From: Phoronis australis
Taxonomy: Eukaryota; Animalia; Phoronida
Reading direction: 5' to 3'
NCBI GenBank assembly: GCA_002633005.1
Contig: NMRA01000126.1
Span: forward strand, 78,979-142,978
Length of the DNA stretch: 64,000 nucleotides
Of the stretch, positions 61,484 to 64,000 are shown in pieces (the first letter of the stretch is position 1; each line of letters opens with the position of its first letter). Under the pieces are notes generated by a model, which saw nothing but the letters and a program-made list of their open reading frames with translations, ran no database searches and was not told the origin of the DNA. The position numbers and the translations under genes are program-made.

Positions 61484-62806
61484 AGGCAATCGCAACGCCC
61501 TGTAATGCCACAGGCATACAGGGGTGGTGGTCTACTCCCCAGAAAAATTACTCATTTGAAAATACAGCAAATAAAATTAAATGAAGCATACATAGCAACT
61601 GGGTTATACTTAACACATACCATGACTGGAGACAATTTTGTCAACATAATTTGAACATATCCATGAAAATCTATCAAGTTTCACTCCAAATCACACCTGT
61701 TGATGAACAAAAAGTACAAGGGACACAAATCTTACAAATTCCACAGCTATTTTTTGCAAGTTCGCCAGGTCACGTGCTTCGCTCAATCTGGCACATGTTG
61801 TTGCCGGTTAACGGTGACCAAACAAGTGGAGTTGGAATTCTTTGCCAAAATCATCTTAATTCCAATAGACATGCTTCATCGAAGATAAGTATAGAACAAG
61901 ACAGGATTGCTGAAAAAATTGGGTGCTTTTTTATGAGACAATTTTAAGTGTAAAATGTTTCTGACGAGGTAAACCACTTATTCAGTGACCATATTAATTT
62001 TCGGATACCACCCATTTAAAATACACAAGATGAGATAATTACAGAAACCGATGGGGAGGACTGTAGTCCCTGTATAGCCAGCCAAGGCCGAGGAGCTACG
62101 TGTTGCCTGGGTCGATTGGCTAATTAGGGGCTACAATACTTCACATCACTTTCTGCACTAATTAAAAGGATGGTAGCCAAAATCCGCTCAGCGATTAAGA
62201 GTTTTCACCTCGTTACACTCAAAACTATCACTTAAAAAGCACTTACTTTCTTAAGTGATCCTTTCTACTTCTGTACATATCTTTGATGAAGCACAGCTAT
62301 GAGAATTAAGGTGACTTTTGCGAAGAATTCCAACTCCACTTTTTTGGTCACCATTAACTTTTTCACCACACGCATGTTAACCACAAAGTATTTCAACTGA
62401 GTCACGCGAGTTACGCAAAGGCTGGCGCAAGACTGAGTGAAGCGCCTGACCTGGCGCATGACAATTGTAAAATAGCATGGGGAAGATATCTGGTGAAAAT
62501 TGTAAGATTTGTGTCCCTTGGACTTCTTGTTGGTCAACTGACAGATTTTAAATAACTTACTCAAAATGACACTCGGTGAGAGAAACTCAAGTGAACCATG
62601 AAAGATTTTCACGGATATGTTCACGATATGCTGAGTAAATTGTACCCAGAGTCATTGGTATGTGTTAATTATAACTCCAGTCCAGGCATGTGCATGTATC
62701 GTATGATCATTCGATTTTATTTGCTGTATTTTGAAATGAGTAACTTTTTATAGGGAGGCACTATCGCGACTGTATGTCTGCGGCATTCAGGGCGATGTAA
62801 TTGCCT
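61484..62806. mobile_element. ~1.3-kb diverged palindromic (foldback-like) element
   Basis: aggcaatcgcaacgccctgtaatgcc...ttactcatttgaaaatacagcaaataaaa...caagggacacaaatcttacaa is mirrored in the right arm. Symmetry runs to a centre at ~62095. ORFs 61700(+) and 62265(-) share K.KGHKSY and VELEFFAK for this reason. Confidence 0.85.
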
Positions 62807-63059
62807 ACGTATTGCCTACTTCTTCAACTGTTGCCTGTGTCCCACTGGTCACACACAGGCACAGTCAGTGTGGCGTGGCCGTGGGCAGTGACAGTGTGGC
62901 TGTGTTCAGCCGTTGGACTCTCAGGCCGGCGGTTCGAGTTCAAAATCCTCTGCCATCCATCATATTAGATGATGAGAAACTTACACTAACTGTGGTACCA
63001 CGAAGACGACAATCAATGGTATAATAGCTGCAGCATGCACTAGCCTACAAGCATGTAGT

Positions 63060-63357
63060 AAAAACAAAATTGTATCCTCTCATAACACCGGAAGTACTTT
63101 CATTGTTTAGTTAGATATTATTGCAAGAAAAGACGAGTTGAAATTTCAAAATTTGCATTTTAAGTATATTTTTTAACAAATTGACCACCAATGATGTAAA
63201 TGACCATCTCTGTAACAAACAATGAGGAATGTGTCAAAGCTGAGTCAAAATCTGTTTGCTCGGCTACACATTTGTTCTATCTCAACATCCGGGGAAACGA
63301 CAGGAAGTGTTCTTAGCAACAGTTGGAAAGCGAAGTTAGGTCATATATTTTTTCATA
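63060..63357. promoter_or_regulatory. Divergent promoter region of NAA38 and CYB5D1 with ETS sites and an RFX X-box-like motif
   Basis: CCGGAAGT 63088-63095, CAGGAAGT 63301-63308, GTTCTTAGCAAC 63309-63320. Confidence 0.6.
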
Positions 63358-63475
63358 ATGCGCCCCAAATACTTCACAACGAACGAAGTTTCCATTCACA
63401 ACACGTTAGACGATCTCTGGGTCTCATTTCTCGGAAAGGTCTACAACTTAACTCCACTTGTTGACCGATTTAAAG
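63358..63475 (+). CDS. CYB5D1: Cytochrome b5 domain-containing protein 1, first coding exon (gene continues beyond the window)
   Basis: [39 protein letters not shown](G) followed by donor G|GTAAAT. Matches the CYB5D1 N-terminus (YFT..EV..HN...DLWVS.LG.VY.LT). Confidence 0.92.
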
Positions 63476-64000
63476 GTAAATTAATGATGAACGTTACCCA
63501 TCTCTGTCCGTTTCACTTGCTGCGTCTTGCCTTGCAGTTGCTGTTCACCCTAATCGACTCGTACCTCACTCCTAGTGTCCGTTTCAACTGTTTAGCCAAT
63601 TGAATTTCATTTTAACTTGAAAATAAATAAGAGTAACATTAGCTGGGTTGCTGAATAAACAATTTTCAGGTTTATCGAAACCCAGCCGAGTTATGTCTAT
63701 TTTGATTGAGGGGCATTTTTGGGCTCAGTGATAATTGACGTATTACCTTTTATTCAAATGGAACATAGACTGAAACTTGAAGCCTCTATAAAAGGCAACT
63801 AAACTTAGGCCTACGACATTTGTCAAGAACCATGTTAGACTCACCTCCCTTCACTGACTGAACCAGCTGCACATCAAAAGACTAATGCATGCTAAGAAAG
63901 TGACAGCATATTGTTTATTTAATTGGTGAATGTTTGTTATTCACTATTAATTATGGTAGTAAATGTCAATATACTGATACAGCTAATGAGTTTCAAAAAA

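Noticed and set aside
61651-62624. Paralogous-looking ORFs on opposite strands
   Set aside because: They are the two arms of the palindromic element, with frameshifts between them; no protein domain.
62870-62955. tRNA-like sequence with ggttcgagttc
   Set aside because: No consistent cloverleaf; at most a SINE relic.

Overview
AT-rich, intron-containing animal (invertebrate-type) genomic DNA. The ORF track misses most of the real coding content, so I rebuilt the genes exon by exon from GT-AG splice sites and reading phase. Five protein-coding genes are supported: UBE2J1 (- strand, exon 2 missing, probably in the N gap at 17145) head-to-head with NSUN4 (+); an orphan 359-aa, 10-exon 7-transmembrane protein (-) converging on NSUN4; and NAA38 (-) head-to-head with exon 1 of CYB5D1 (+), the same divergent pair as in human. 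The rest is rich in non-autonomous DNA transposons and palindromes, including 1.3-1.7 kb foldback structures in the first introns of UBE2J1 and (putatively) NAA38. Also present: a decayed THAP-domain element, LINE relics, a tRNA-derived SINE head, minisatellites, and two Penelope-type minimal hammerhead ribozyme motifs (one near-intact, one CpG-decayed). Bases 1-1321 duplicate 2444-3525 next to an N and probably represent an uncollapsed haplotype. Gene names come from my recall of homologous sequences, not from a database search.
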